This document shows, piece by piece, positions 11,023-21,195 of a stretch of DNA of 64,000 nucleotides. The DNA is taken from assembly GCA_039815185.1 (NCBI GenBank), contig JBCBZT010000002.1:160001-224000 (forward strand), in the 5' to 3' direction. A program made the translations under genes and the position numbers. Source of the DNA: Cyanobacteria bacterium P01_A01_bin.123. Lineage in GTDB: Bacteria > Cyanobacteriota > Cyanobacteriia > Phormidesmidales > Phormidesmidaceae. Position 1 is the stretch's first letter. Each line of letters begins with the position of its first letter. Under the pieces are notes generated by a model. It worked only from the letters and a program-made list of their open reading frames with translations, ran no database searches and was not told where the DNA came from.

Positions 11023-11511
11023 ATGCACTGTCCGTTTTGTCAGCATCCTCATAACCGGGTTCTAGAGTCCCGTTCTGCAGAAGCGGGGCGCAGTATTCGC
11101 CGCCGTCGCGAATGTCTCGACTGCCAGCGGAGATTTACAACCTACGAACGCATTGAATATGTTCCGGTAACGGTGCTGAAACGGAACGGCGAGCGCGAAT
11201 CTTTTGATCGCTCGAAAGTATTACGTGGTCTGCTTCGAGCCTGTGAAAAGACAGGGACACCCCAGCTTACCCTAGATACCATGGTGGACGAGATTGAGTC
11301 CGAACTTCAGCAGCAGACAACCCGAGAAATCAGCAGCGCTGATATTGGGGAATTAGTCTTGAAACATCTCAAACAGCTGAATGAAGTTGCCTATGTGCGG
11401 TTTGCCTCGGTATATCGACAGTTTCAGGGCATTCGAGACTTTACCGATACGCTTAATCAGCTCAATACGGCTGCAGAGAAAAATGGTGTGGCGATCGCCT
11501 CTCATAGATAA
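11023..11511 (+). CDS. nrdR: Transcriptional repressor NrdR
   Basis: MHCPFC, RRRRECxxCxxRFTTYE, ATP-cone, [10 protein letters not shown]. Confidence 0.97.
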   Translation: MHCPFCQHPHNRVLESRSAEAGRSIRRRRECLDCQRRFTTYERIEYVPVTVLKRNGERESFDRSKVLRGLLRACEKTGTPQLTLDTMVDEIESELQQQTTREISSADIGELVLKHLKQLNEVAYVRFASVYRQFQGIRDFTDTLNQLNTAAEKNGVAIASHR

Positions 11512-11590
11512 ACCACATCCGATTTGCAACCTCAAGTAGGACTGTAGGTTCTTTATCCTTACAAGGAAAGTTATGGATTTGGGTTTTATC
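11509..11590. repeat. Small dispersed inverted-repeat element, copy A
   Basis: Starts TAAACCACATCCGATTT, the reverse complement of the AATCGGATGTG(G/A)TTTA end of copies B and C. Confidence 0.55.
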
Positions 11591-11780
11591 AAAATTTAAG
11601 GGCAGTCAGTAAAGTATGGATGCGCTTAGCAAATGGAAGATAAAGATCTTTCAAAAAATAACTGGATCTTAGTCCTCAATCAGGCTATGGATATAGCCTG
11701 TGCCAATGGTTTTGAGCTTTTGCATTCCTGATACCTTACCGCCACTGCTTTTTAAGGACTGTTTTTCTACGATAAGGGGT

Positions 11781-11809
11781 TTGGATTGCTCTAAAGATTC
11801 AGCTATAAT
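11781..11809 (+). promoter_or_regulatory. Putative sigma70-type promoter of rps1
   Basis: TTGGAT-17 nt-TATAAT about 200 nt upstream of rps1. Confidence 0.55.
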
Positions 11810-12005
11810 CAATAGTCTTGCAAGTGGACAAGGTTTACCCTTTTCCACTTATTGCCATCTCCTAAGATAAGATTTATGTAGATAGCCGCAGGATATCTAG
11901 GTGACTTGAGCGGGGTGCCTCAAGCGGGAAAGCGCTTGAGGCGGGTTAGTGCGTCACGGGGAGATTTATCAGCAATTACGGAGACAACACTAGGACACAG
12001 TTAGC

Positions 12006-12962
12006 ATGGTCAATCAGGAAACGAAAGATATTGATATCGGTTTTACTCACGAAGATTTCGCGGCGCTTTTAGACCAGTACGACTATCACTTCAGCCCTGG
12101 CGATGTTGTGGCGGGTACAGTGTTTAGCCTTGAACCAAGAGGCGCTCTGATTGACATTGGTGCAAAAACAGCTGCTTACATCCCCATTCAGGAGATGTCG
12201 ATTAACCGGGTTGATAATCCCGATGAAGTCCTTAAATCCAACGAAGTCCGTGAGTTTTTTATCCTCACGGATGAGAATGAAGATGGCCAGCTCACGCTCT
12301 CAATCCGCCGCATTGAGTATATGCGAGCTTGGGAGCGGGTACGCCAGCTGCAAGAGGAGGATGCCACCGTACGCTCGGGTGTATTTGCCACTAATCGAGG
12401 CGGTGCATTGGTTCGCATTGAAGGTTTACGAGGCTTCATTCCAGGCTCTCACATTAGCACTCGTAAGCCAAAGGAAGACTTGGTCGGCGAGGAATTGCCC
12501 CTTAAGTTTTTAGAGGTAGATGAGGAGCGCAATCGTCTCGTGCTCAGCCATCGGCGTGCTCTGGTTGAACGTAAGATGAACCGTCTGGAAGTCGGTGAAG
12601 TCGTGATTGGTACTGTGCGTGGACTGAAGCCTTATGGTGCCTTTATTGATATTGGTGGCGTCAGTGGTCTACTACACATCTCCGAAATCTCTCACGATCA
12701 TATTGATACCCCCCACAGTGTCTTCAACGTCAATGATGAAATCAAGGTGATGATCATTGATTTAGATGCTGAGCGGGGTCGAATCTCGTTGTCGACAAAG
12801 CAGCTTGAGCCAGAGCCGGGCGACATGGTGCGTAATCCAGATGTCGTTTACGACAAAGCTGAAGAAATGGCTGAGAAATATCGCCAGCAAATGCTTGAGC
12901 AAGCTCAGCAAGCTGCAGAGCCCCCCAATGGGACTGACGGCGGTGATCATGAAGCGGCTTAA
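12006..12962 (+). CDS. rps1: 30S ribosomal protein S1
   Basis: FTHEDFAALLDQYDYHF, three S1 domains, typical cyanobacterial length. Confidence 0.97.
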   Translation: MVNQETKDIDIGFTHEDFAALLDQYDYHFSPGDVVAGTVFSLEPRGALIDIGAKTAAYIPIQEMSINRVDNPDEVLKSNEVREFFILTDENEDGQLTLSIRRIEYMRAWERVRQLQEEDATVRSGVFATNRGGALVRIEGLRGFIPGSHISTRKPKEDLVGEELPLKFLEVDEERNRLVLSHRRALVERKMNRLEVGEVVIGTVRGLKPYGAFIDIGGVSGLLHISEISHDHIDTPHSVFNVNDEIKVMIIDLDAERGRISLSTKQLEPEPGDMVRNPDVVYDKAEEMAEKYRQQMLEQAQQAAEPPNGTDGGDHEAA

Positions 12963-13036
12963 ATCAGTCTTGGCCGCTGAATAAAACGTGATGTCCCTGC
13001 ATTGGATCATCCGCTGAGCCCTTTTCAAGTCCAGAT

Positions 13037-13064
13037 CCAAAGTTTTTCCATGGAAAAGCTTTGG
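13037..13064. terminator. Palindromic hairpin downstream of rps1
   Basis: CCAAAGTTTTTCC-AT-GGAAAAGCTTTGG; no clear U tract. Confidence 0.35.
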
Positions 13065-13110
13065 GCTTTGGGCCAGAGGGGTTTTGCCAAACCCATTTGG
13101 AAATAGGTTT

Positions 13111-13857
13111 ATGGTCAGTGTCCAATGTGGGGTAAAGATATTTCAGGAGATTCAGGCCATTGTCTTTGATAAGGACGGGACACTGGCTGATTCGGCTCAA
13201 TATTTGAGAGTACTAGCCCAACGGCGGTCGCGATTGCTAGATGCTAAAATCCCTGGGATCGAGTCGCCTTTGTTGTTGGCTTTTGGTGTTGAAGACGATC
13301 GTTTGGATCCAGCTGGGCTGATGGCCGTTGGCAGCCGCTATGAAAATGAAATTGCTGCTGCTGCCTATGTGGCTGAAACCGGATGTAGTTGGCCAGAAGC
13401 ATTGGCTATAGTCAGCGCGACCTTTGGTGAAGCAGAGCTGTCTCCTGCCGATAAAGCTGCTGCCACCCCTCTCTTTCCAGGATGTCAAGATTTAGTCGTG
13501 GCCCTCGCTCGTGCAGGCGTAAAAATTGCGATCGCCTCGACCGACACTACCGCTAACGTTCAAGCCTTTATCCAGCACTACAACCTAGCTGACCACATCC
13601 AGTTGATTCGAGGAGGTGACGAAGAGATTCCAATCCATAAGCCTGACCCAGCTCTATTGCTTCAAATTTGCCAGCAGCTGACCGTTTCTCCCAAGGCTAC
13701 GCTAATGGTAGGAGACTCTCAGTTAGATTTGAAAATGGCACGACAAGCTGGCATAGCTGGGGCGATAGGGGTCACTGGAACGAGTCGTCCCTACCCATCG
13801 CTGCCAGACGCAGATAGCTTGATCGAGCAGGTCACCCAGTTGCAGATTAGCGATTAG
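13111..13857 (+). CDS. HAD-superfamily hydrolase
   Basis: FDKDGTL motif I, KPDP, MVGDS motif IV. Confidence 0.9.
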   Translation: MVSVQCGVKIFQEIQAIVFDKDGTLADSAQYLRVLAQRRSRLLDAKIPGIESPLLLAFGVEDDRLDPAGLMAVGSRYENEIAAAAYVAETGCSWPEALAIVSATFGEAELSPADKAAATPLFPGCQDLVVALARAGVKIAIASTDTTANVQAFIQHYNLADHIQLIRGGDEEIPIHKPDPALLLQICQQLTVSPKATLMVGDSQLDLKMARQAGIAGAIGVTGTSRPYPSLPDADSLIEQVTQLQISD

Positions 13858-14046
13858 GCCCCTTAGAGGTCTACATGAAATCGGTAGCAATGGGGTAGGG
13901 TTATGAATAAGTGAATTGTCTCCAAGCGTGAAGCATGAAGGCCTAATTTATCGATAGCTCTCTCAATTAGCCAATGGATTCTTTGGCTGCTATCTAGCCT
14001 TGACGACATCTACCACATCACATTGCATCAAAGAGAGGATATGCCA

Positions 14047-15288
14047 TTGTCTCGTCGATATCTATTTACGTCTGAATCGGTTACCGAAGGTCATCCTGAT
14101 AAAATCTGCGACCAAATTTCAGACACAATTTTAGATGCCCTGCTGGCTCAAGATCCTAAGAGTCGGGTTGCTGCAGAGGTTGTTGTGAATACGGGGTTAG
14201 TCCTGATTACGGGAGAAATTTCTTCTAATGCCCAGGTCAATTACGTTAATCTTGTGCGGCAGAAAATTGCTGAGATTGGCTATACCGATCCAACCAATAA
14301 TGGATTTTCGACAGATAGCTGTTCTGTATTAGTTGCCCTAGACGAACAATCTCAAGATATCGCCCAAGGGGTCGACCAAGCTCAGGAAAGTCGGGATCAA
14401 AACAGTGACGAAGCCCTCGATGCAATTGGTGCCGGGGATCAAGGCATCATGTTTGGCTTTGCCTGTAATGAAACCCCTGAGCTGATGCCCCTACCCATTA
14501 GCTTGGCTCACCGTATTTCGCGGCAACTGGCAACGGTCAGAAAGGACGGCACTCTGGCATATCTCCGGCCCGACGGTAAAACTCAGGTCACGGTCGCCTA
14601 CGAGGCGGGTAAACCTGTGGGAATCGACACGATTTTGATCTCAACCCAGCACACCGCCACTATTGGCGAGGTCACAGATGAAAGTGCTGTTCAAGCCAAA
14701 ATCAAAGAAGCGTTATGGCACTCTGTCGTTCTCCCAGTGTTTGAAGACATTGATATCAAACCGGGGCAGACGACCCGCTTTTTGGTTAATCCCACGGGTA
14801 AGTTTGTAATCGGTGGCCCTCAAGGCGATTCTGGGCTAACTGGGCGCAAAATCATTGTCGACACTTATGGTGGATATTCTCGCCATGGCGGCGGGGCTTT
14901 TTCTGGCAAAGATCCGACGAAGGTAGATCGCAGTGCTGCTTACGCTTGTCGTTATGTCGCCAAAAACATTGTTGCTGCGGGTCTGGCTGAAAAGTGCGAG
15001 GTTCAACTGAGCTATGCCATTGGTGTGGCTCGCCCAGTGAGTATTTTTGTTGAGACATTTGGCACCGGCAAAATCGAGGATGATCGCTTGCTATCTCTAG
15101 TCAAAGACCACTTTGAACTAAGACCGGCAGGCATTATTCAGACCTTTAATCTCCAATCCTTAACGGCTGAACGGGGTGGACGCTTTTATCAAGACATCGC
15201 TGCCTATGGCCACATGGGGCGGACAGATCTAGATATCCCTTGGGAAAAAACCGATAAAGCCGAATTTCTCAAAACTGCCTTGGCTTAG
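14047..15288 (+). CDS. metK: S-adenosylmethionine synthetase
   Basis: [31 protein letters not shown] start 7 nt after GAGGA (ATG 14041 is an alternative). Confidence 0.98.
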   Translation: MSRRYLFTSESVTEGHPDKICDQISDTILDALLAQDPKSRVAAEVVVNTGLVLITGEISSNAQVNYVNLVRQKIAEIGYTDPTNNGFSTDSCSVLVALDEQSQDIAQGVDQAQESRDQNSDEALDAIGAGDQGIMFGFACNETPELMPLPISLAHRISRQLATVRKDGTLAYLRPDGKTQVTVAYEAGKPVGIDTILISTQHTATIGEVTDESAVQAKIKEALWHSVVLPVFEDIDIKPGQTTRFLVNPTGKFVIGGPQGDSGLTGRKIIVDTYGGYSRHGGGAFSGKDPTKVDRSAAYACRYVAKNIVAAGLAEKCEVQLSYAIGVARPVSIFVETFGTGKIEDDRLLSLVKDHFELRPAGIIQTFNLQSLTAERGGRFYQDIAAYGHMGRTDLDIPWEKTDKAEFLKTALA

Positions 15289-15333
15289 GTTTTTCATATC
15301 TAAATCTAAACCCACGCTTGGGCCAATTTCTGC

Positions 15334-15810
15334 CTAAGTTTCAAGGGCCTGGTTCAAAATTGTGCGGGCCGATTCCGCTTGCGATCGCGCGTCACGATAC
15401 CTTAGATTGCTTTGGGCAAATTGTTTCAACGTCTTAAAGCCATCCTTCAAATGAGTGACTTGATCCTCGGTGATGGGTTCATCGGTAAACAACAGATCAA
15501 CCAGTTCTCGGACTTGTAGAGCCTCATCCCGAGAACTCTGCATTTTGACTTTCAGATTGGCGAGCTGACTGAGAATCTGTACCGCTTCAGTGACGGCGTC
15601 TTCATCTTTTTGCACAGCTGCGGAGGGCGTAGGTTCTTTCACGGCAATAAATTGCTGGGGGTCAAATCCGTCAGAGAGATTAGTGGGTAACTTGCCCTCA
15701 TCCATTAAATCCACAAGTTGATCCATGGCTTTATCGCGGGCTTTCTTTGAGTCTTTACCCGTAATTTCAATCAGCACTTCCGGGCTTTGGGCAAGGGTAT
15801 ACTGAACCAT
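15334..15810 (-). CDS. Hypothetical protein, helical
   Basis: 158-aa ORF filling the gap between metK and ccaA; no recognised motif. Confidence 0.7.
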   Translation of the reverse strand: MVQYTLAQSPEVLIEITGKDSKKARDKAMDQLVDLMDEGKLPTNLSDGFDPQQFIAVKEPTPSAAVQKDEDAVTEAVQILSQLANLKVKMQSSRDEALQVRELVDLLFTDEPITEDQVTHLKDGFKTLKQFAQSNLRYRDARSQAESARTILNQALET

Positions 15811-16101
15811 GGCTCTAATTAATAAATTTGTACTATAAAGACTTTAGATCCTCCCGATGATAATCGGTGATAACTGTCACAGAACTTACTTGTTTAACCA
15901 TGCCTATCAGAATGCGAGACCGCTGACTTGTCAACGGGTTGAGACGTTACGTTGAATTCCTTGAGAAGCTGACACAATCATTCGTATAAATAAAACTTTT
16001 GGGTTGACGGTCAATAGATATGGCTTAATAATTTAAGGCTCGCTTTTAAAATTCGCTTCGGCGAATTTAGTATCCATCAATCATGCACCAGGGGTTGTCC
16101 C

Positions 16102-16863
16102 GTGAAAAAGCTAATTAAAGGACTGCGACAGTTTCAAAGCACCTATGTCCCCAGTCACCAAACCTTATTGGCGGAGTTAGCTCACGGGCAACATCCCCGC
16201 GTGTTGTTTATTGCTTGCTCTGATTCACGGGTCGATCCGGCACTGATTACTCAGGCTGATATTGGCGATTTGTTTGTCATTCGCAATGCGGGCAATATTA
16301 TTCCACCCTACGAATCGACCAATGGTGGTGAGGGGGCCACCATTGAATACGCTGTTCATGCGCTGGATATTGAACAGATTATTGTCTGCGGCCATACGAA
16401 CTGCGGTGCCATGAAGGGGCTGTTGCAGTTGGGTAAGTTAGAAGAAGAAATGCCACTGGTTTATAACTGGCTGCGGCATACGGAAGCAACTCGCCGCCTG
16501 GTTGCGGATAACTATGGCGATTTAAATAAACAAGAAACCTTAGAGGTGTTAGTTGCTGAGAATGTGCTCACACAAATTGGCAATTTGCGCACCTATCCGG
16601 TGATTCACTCGAAGCTGCACCGGGGTGACCTGACAATCCACGCCTGGATTTATAATATCGAGACTGGAGGCATTTATGCCTATGATTCGGACAATCATGC
16701 TTTTGTACCTCCCCATAGCCGCATAGCGCCTGAGCCCTTAGAAAAGGCTGGCAAGGTCAACCCCCCCAAAATAATTCCCCAGAATCACTTGCCGGGAGGC
16801 AATCGCCTTTCCCGCGAACAGTCTGAGCGCATCTACCGCGGTTCGGGTTCAATGCGAGTTTAA
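16102..16863 (+). CDS. ccaA: Carboxysomal beta-carbonic anhydrase
   Basis: CSDSR and HTNCG zinc ligands, RNAGN; C-terminal LSREQSERIYRG motif typical of CcaA/IcfA. Confidence 0.9.
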   Translation: MKKLIKGLRQFQSTYVPSHQTLLAELAHGQHPRVLFIACSDSRVDPALITQADIGDLFVIRNAGNIIPPYESTNGGEGATIEYAVHALDIEQIIVCGHTNCGAMKGLLQLGKLEEEMPLVYNWLRHTEATRRLVADNYGDLNKQETLEVLVAENVLTQIGNLRTYPVIHSKLHRGDLTIHAWIYNIETGGIYAYDSDNHAFVPPHSRIAPEPLEKAGKVNPPKIIPQNHLPGGNRLSREQSERIYRGSGSMRV

Positions 16864-16903
16864 TCAACCTCAGGGTTAGTGCGAGTTTAATCAACGAAGC
16901 GAT

Positions 16904-17674
16904 TTAACGAACACGCAGTCGGCGAGTCAAAATCACTAGGCCGTCCTCTCGAATCAGGACTGCGGAAATCCAGCGATCGTCAGCTGAATCAGGGGCACTG
17001 CCAATTTTGAACAATCCCCCAGCAGAGAGCACATCAAGCTCCACTGGGCGGCCTTCAAAAAAGTCAACACTAGTTGCGCCTTCGTCAATGGCAGCCCCAA
17101 GCAGTAAGCGTTCACCTAGGGGTTCCTCCACGATGGCATCAAATTCAAACGCTTCACCCGCGCCCACTTCTTCTGGTAACAGCACATTCACGGACGGGGG
17201 ATTACTGCCAGCGCTGATCGCATTGCGTTCAGCCAAAATTTCTTGAGAGACCACTTGACCGTTTTCAAATCGCTGACGCGATCGCACCACGGCATCTAAT
17301 GTCGAACGTGAACCGGTTAGTTCGGTTCCAGTCACGTAGGTTAGGGTTTCGGCAATCAAGGCAGTGCCATCTCGCTCCCAAGACTGGAGTTCGATTCGGT
17401 AGGTCAGTGAGTTATAGGTGTCCCAAAATTGTTGCAGTGCTGCGGCAAAACTGTCTCGATCAAACCCGTCCGTATGCGTAAAGTCAGGGCTGTAATAGGT
17501 CATCACCTGATCGAGATCTTCAGCCGATGCTGCCGTCTCAATCGTGCTGAGCACTTGGGTAAGTTCTGCTGGAGCAGTCTCGGGGGATTCAGCTTTGGCA
17601 ACATTGGGGGTAGCCCAGCCCAGGGCAACGCCTAACAACAGGGCATAAATTGATTGCTGAATCGGGCTGATCAT
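16904..17674 (-). CDS. Exported NTF2-like fold protein
   Basis: Signal peptide, YYSPDFTHTDG, GGLFKIG; divergent from murG. Confidence 0.7.
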   Translation of the reverse strand: MISPIQQSIYALLLGVALGWATPNVAKAESPETAPAELTQVLSTIETAASAEDLDQVMTYYSPDFTHTDGFDRDSFAAALQQFWDTYNSLTYRIELQSWERDGTALIAETLTYVTGTELTGSRSTLDAVVRSRQRFENGQVVSQEILAERNAISAGSNPPSVNVLLPEEVGAGEAFEFDAIVEEPLGERLLLGAAIDEGATSVDFFEGRPVELDVLSAGGLFKIGSAPDSADDRWISAVLIREDGLVILTRRLRVR

Positions 17675-17835
17675 AGAAAATCCTCAGTGACAAATAGGTT
17701 GGGTTTGATCAAGTCTAGAACCAAGTTAACCTGTTCTAGGCATTGTGGTGTTATGGTTCTAGCAAAACTTTTGAACATTGGGTAGATTGCTAACAGCGAT
17801 GGCCCCAGGGCAAACAGAGGGAACGGGTTGAACAG

Positions 17836-18912
17836 ATGACCAGGAGACTTTTGATTGCAGCCAGCGGCACCGGGGGGCATCTGTTTCCTGCGATCGCGAC
17901 GGCTCGTTATCTAGACGACTATAAAATCGAATGGCTTGGAGTCCCTGATCGTCTCGAAACTCAACTGGTTCCTGATAGCTATCTACTTCACACCATCTGC
18001 GTGGGCGGCTTTCAAGGCCCTATGGGACTCGGTAGCCTGCGGCTCATCATGCAGTTGATGCAGGCAGTGGTTCGGGTGCGCCAGTTGCTGAAACAAGGAC
18101 AGTTTCAGGGGGTGTTTACAACGGGGGGATATATCGCAGCACCCGCGATTATTGCCGCGCGGAGTTTGGGGTTGCCCGCGATTTTGCACGAATCCAATGC
18201 CCTGCCAGGCAAGGTAACGCGCTGGCTAAGCCCTTGGTGCACAGTAGTCGCGTTGGGATTTCAAGATGCTTCGCTGCGACTCCCCAAAGCCAGCAGCGTG
18301 AGTGTGGGAACGCCTGTACGATCGCAGTTCCTCAACCCCTCGCCCGCCCCGTTGACTGAACTGTTAGGAGATCTCACTATACCGACTGATGCACTACTCA
18401 TTGTGATTGTCGGCGGTAGCCAAGGTGCTCTTGCAGTGAATCGTTTGGTCAGGGCAGCAGCGCCAGCCTGGTTGGCTGATGGCGCTTGGATCGTGCATCA
18501 GACGGGTCAAAATGATCCTGATGTGGACAGCTTGAGCCATCCCCATTACATTCACCAGCCTTTTTTCGATCAGATGGCACCGCTGCTGCATCGGGCTAAT
18601 TTAGTGATTAGCCGGGCTGGGGCCGGAACCCTCACGGAACTCGCGGTGACCCGTACCCCATCGCTGCTGATTCCCTATCCCTTTGCAGCCGAGGATCACC
18701 AGTCTTATAATGCTGCTGTTTTTGCCGCTGCTGGGGCCGCCCAGGTCTGTCGGCAAGCCGATTTGACGGCTGATGGTTTAAGGGAAAAGGTAATGGATTT
18801 GCTCCGCGATCGCGATCAGCTAGCAGTAATGGCAGAAGCTGCTGGCAACTTGGCTATTTTAGACAGTGCCGAGCAGTTGGCAGCGCTGGTTCGGAAAACG
18901 CTCCTTAATTGA
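17836..18912 (+). CDS. murG: Lipid I N-acetylglucosaminyltransferase MurG
   Basis: GTGGHLFPA, HESNALPG, GGSQGA, SRAGAGT, DHQSYNA. Confidence 0.97.
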   Translation: MTRRLLIAASGTGGHLFPAIATARYLDDYKIEWLGVPDRLETQLVPDSYLLHTICVGGFQGPMGLGSLRLIMQLMQAVVRVRQLLKQGQFQGVFTTGGYIAAPAIIAARSLGLPAILHESNALPGKVTRWLSPWCTVVALGFQDASLRLPKASSVSVGTPVRSQFLNPSPAPLTELLGDLTIPTDALLIVIVGGSQGALAVNRLVRAAAPAWLADGAWIVHQTGQNDPDVDSLSHPHYIHQPFFDQMAPLLHRANLVISRAGAGTLTELAVTRTPSLLIPYPFAAEDHQSYNAAVFAAAGAAQVCRQADLTADGLREKVMDLLRDRDQLAVMAEAAGNLAILDSAEQLAALVRKTLLN

Positions 18913-19534
18913 CCACCTGGGCACCATGACTGCGGGGATCGTCGGGGCGGTCGCGGTCTGCTTCGAGCGGACTGTCAACTCCGGAGGTGCGTCCTACGGC
19001 TTGGGCATAGGGTAGGGATGCTTGGACGAGTAGGGCATCGAGATTGGCTGCTATGACGGCTTTGGGTTGTTCACCAATCACTGTGCCCATGGTTTCACCC
19101 GTCTCATCTAGATAGACAAAATGGGGAATGCCATCGACTCGGTAGTGCAGCATCTCTGGCAACCATTTGCTGTTGTCAACATTCAGCATGACAAAGTTAA
19201 CTTGTTCGCCATAGCGCGATCGCAATTGGGCCATATCGCCGGCCATAGCCTGACAACTGGTGCACCAGTTAGCGTAAAATTCCACCAACGTCGGTTGCCG
19301 ATTGATCAGAGCTTGCTCTAGGGGCACGGCCTCTTCAGCTAATTCTCCTAACGAGGCCGAAGGCGTTTGGGTTTGAACACCAAGCACCACGGCTACGGTG
19401 AGCACTGCCGCCACCACCACAATAATCAAGTTCCGCACTTGGGTACTGAGGGGGCGGCTAGGGGAGCCAGGCGCCTGAATTTCTGAAGCAGAATCTTGAG
19501 ATTGTTTTGCAGAATCTGAAACATCAATTGCCAT
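18905..19534 (-). CDS. txlA: Membrane-anchored thioredoxin-like protein TxlA/HCF164
   Basis: TM helix, EFYANWCTSC, NFVMLNVDN, VDGIPHF, DPRSHG tail. Confidence 0.85.
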   Translation of the reverse strand: MAIDVSDSAKQSQDSASEIQAPGSPSRPLSTQVRNLIIVVVAAVLTVAVVLGVQTQTPSASLGELAEEAVPLEQALINRQPTLVEFYANWCTSCQAMAGDMAQLRSRYGEQVNFVMLNVDNSKWLPEMLHYRVDGIPHFVYLDETGETMGTVIGEQPKAVIAANLDALLVQASLPYAQAVGRTSGVDSPLEADRDRPDDPRSHGAQVVN

Positions 19535-19609
19535 AGCATCACAATGAAAGTAGCTCGATTTCTAGTGTAACGGAATGGCTTCTAGCCGCCCTCCCAGTTG
19601 TGGAAAACT

Positions 19610-20014
19610 GTGAAAAAACGCGTCACTCTGACTTTTCCTAAACGATCTGTCCACATGCCGATCACCTATCGATTGGCTAAAGACTTTAATGTGGCCGCTA
19701 ATATCATTCGAGCCCAGGTTGCCCCAAACCAGGTGGGTAAACTCGTGGTGGAACTTTCTGGCGATATTGACCAACTGGATGAGTCGATCGATTGGATGCG
19801 GTCTCAAGGGATTGATATTTCCCTGGCCAGCCGTGAAATCTTGATCGATGAAGACCTGTGTGTTCATTGTGGCCTTTGTACAGGGGTTTGCCCGACCGAA
19901 GCTTTGACTCTCAATCCCCAGTCTTTTAAGTTGACTTTTGCGCGATCGCGCTGCGTCGTTTGTGAACAGTGCATTCCCACCTGTCCAGTTCAGGCTATTT
20001 CGACCAATCTCTGA
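19610..20014 (+). CDS. NIL-domain 2x[4Fe-4S] ferredoxin
   Basis: NIIRA NIL domain then CVHCGLCTGVCP and CVVCEQCIPTCP. Confidence 0.9.
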   Translation: MKKRVTLTFPKRSVHMPITYRLAKDFNVAANIIRAQVAPNQVGKLVVELSGDIDQLDESIDWMRSQGIDISLASREILIDEDLCVHCGLCTGVCPTEALTLNPQSFKLTFARSRCVVCEQCIPTCPVQAISTNL

Positions 20015-20029
20015 TTTATCTTTGGGACC

Positions 20030-20443
20030 ATGACCAAACGTCGCTGGTTATCATTTCTAATTTTGTTAATCGCCTACATGACCTTTGGCTGGTTCTTGAA
20101 GTCTGAGCAGGCATCCCAACTGAGCTGGATTTTATCAGTTACTTTTGCCTTCACCCAGGCCAGCATTTTGACCTTACTATGGCGCCCTGCCCGTGAGTTT
20201 GCCCTGCTTGGGTTTCAGTCTGATGCTGGGTATTTTGTCATGGTGCTGTGTTTAGCATCTTTGGCAGTGGCCGCGTTGGCTTGGGTACAGGTGTTTGCCT
20301 ATTTTTTGGTAATGGTAGCCGCGGCATTACTGGTGCGCGTCGACCTGCTAGCCATGGAGTTTGGCAATATCCTCTCATTTTTGGCGCTTTCCATCATTCC
20401 TATCCTTGGGTTGGGACTGAGCTGGATGCTGAATCTCTCCTAA
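20030..20443 (+). CDS. Hypothetical membrane protein
   Basis: 137 aa with 4-5 hydrophobic segments, 15 bp after the ferredoxin. Confidence 0.7.
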   Translation: MTKRRWLSFLILLIAYMTFGWFLKSEQASQLSWILSVTFAFTQASILTLLWRPAREFALLGFQSDAGYFVMVLCLASLAVAALAWVQVFAYFLVMVAAALLVRVDLLAMEFGNILSFLALSIIPILGLGLSWMLNLS

Positions 20444-20460
20444 CTAAACAACCATTCCAA
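20443..20460. promoter_or_regulatory. Putative TetR operator 1 (degenerate), just upstream of TGnTATAGT -10
   Basis: ACTAAACAACCATTCCAA; right half matches operators 2 and 3. Confidence 0.4.
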
Positions 20461-20495
20461 AATTGTTATAGTTGGCATGGGAGGTAACGCTAGCG

Positions 20496-21077
20496 ATGGC
20501 TCGTCACAAGACATTTGAAAAAGAAGCGGTGCTCGAAAAGGCGATGGACGTCTTTTGGCATCAGGGTTATGAAGCGACTTCGATGCAAGACCTGGTAGCT
20601 GCCATGGGGATTAACCGAGGTAGCCTTTATGATACGTTCAAAGATAAGCGGAATCTATTTTTGAGCGCGATCGCCCACTACAACCAAACCGTTGTAGAAC
20701 AGTTAATCTCTCGGCTCATGGTGCCTGGGGCATCCCGCCAAGCGATTGAAGATCATTTCCTCAATGTGGTTGAGTACACCGTCGCAGATAGCAGACATCG
20801 CGGTTGTTTAATAACCAACACGATTGTGGAATTGGGGGCCCAAGACCCAGAGATTGCAGCCCAAACGAAGGTTAATCTCCAACGCATTGAAGATGCCTTT
20901 TTCAGAGCGCTTTTACGGGCTCAAGATCAGCGTGAAATCAGCCAAGATAAGGACTTGCGGGCGTTATCCCGGTACTTTATCGCAGCAATGCAGGGACTAC
21001 GGGTCATGGCTAAACTCAATCCCGATCGCAGTGCTTTGCAAGACGTCGTTGACGTTATTTTGGCAGCTTTGGATTGA
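20496..21077 (+). CDS. TetR/AcrR regulator, NemR/ComR-like
   Basis: MARHKTF, FWHQGYEATSMQDLVAAMGINRGSLYDTF HTH, RGCLITNT. Confidence 0.92.
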   Translation: MARHKTFEKEAVLEKAMDVFWHQGYEATSMQDLVAAMGINRGSLYDTFKDKRNLFLSAIAHYNQTVVEQLISRLMVPGASRQAIEDHFLNVVEYTVADSRHRGCLITNTIVELGAQDPEIAAQTKVNLQRIEDAFFRALLRAQDQREISQDKDLRALSRYFIAAMQGLRVMAKLNPDRSALQDVVDVILAALD

Positions 21078-21145
21078 TCATTGAAGACGGGGTCTCCTAG
21101 CTCACAGGCGATTCTGACGATCTGCTCAGATTCTTCTCATACAAC

Positions 21146-21163
21146 TTGGAATATTTGTTCCAA
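21146..21163. promoter_or_regulatory. Putative TetR operator 2
   Basis: Near-palindrome TTGGAATATTTGTTCCAA 32 bp upstream of the peroxiredoxin-like gene. Confidence 0.6.
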
Positions 21164-21195
21164 AATGGAAGCTGTAGAGAACAAGAGGATTACCC

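Noticed and set aside
13858..14046. SAM riboswitch upstream of metK
   Set aside because: No recognisable SAM-I or SAM-II core sequences or terminator seen
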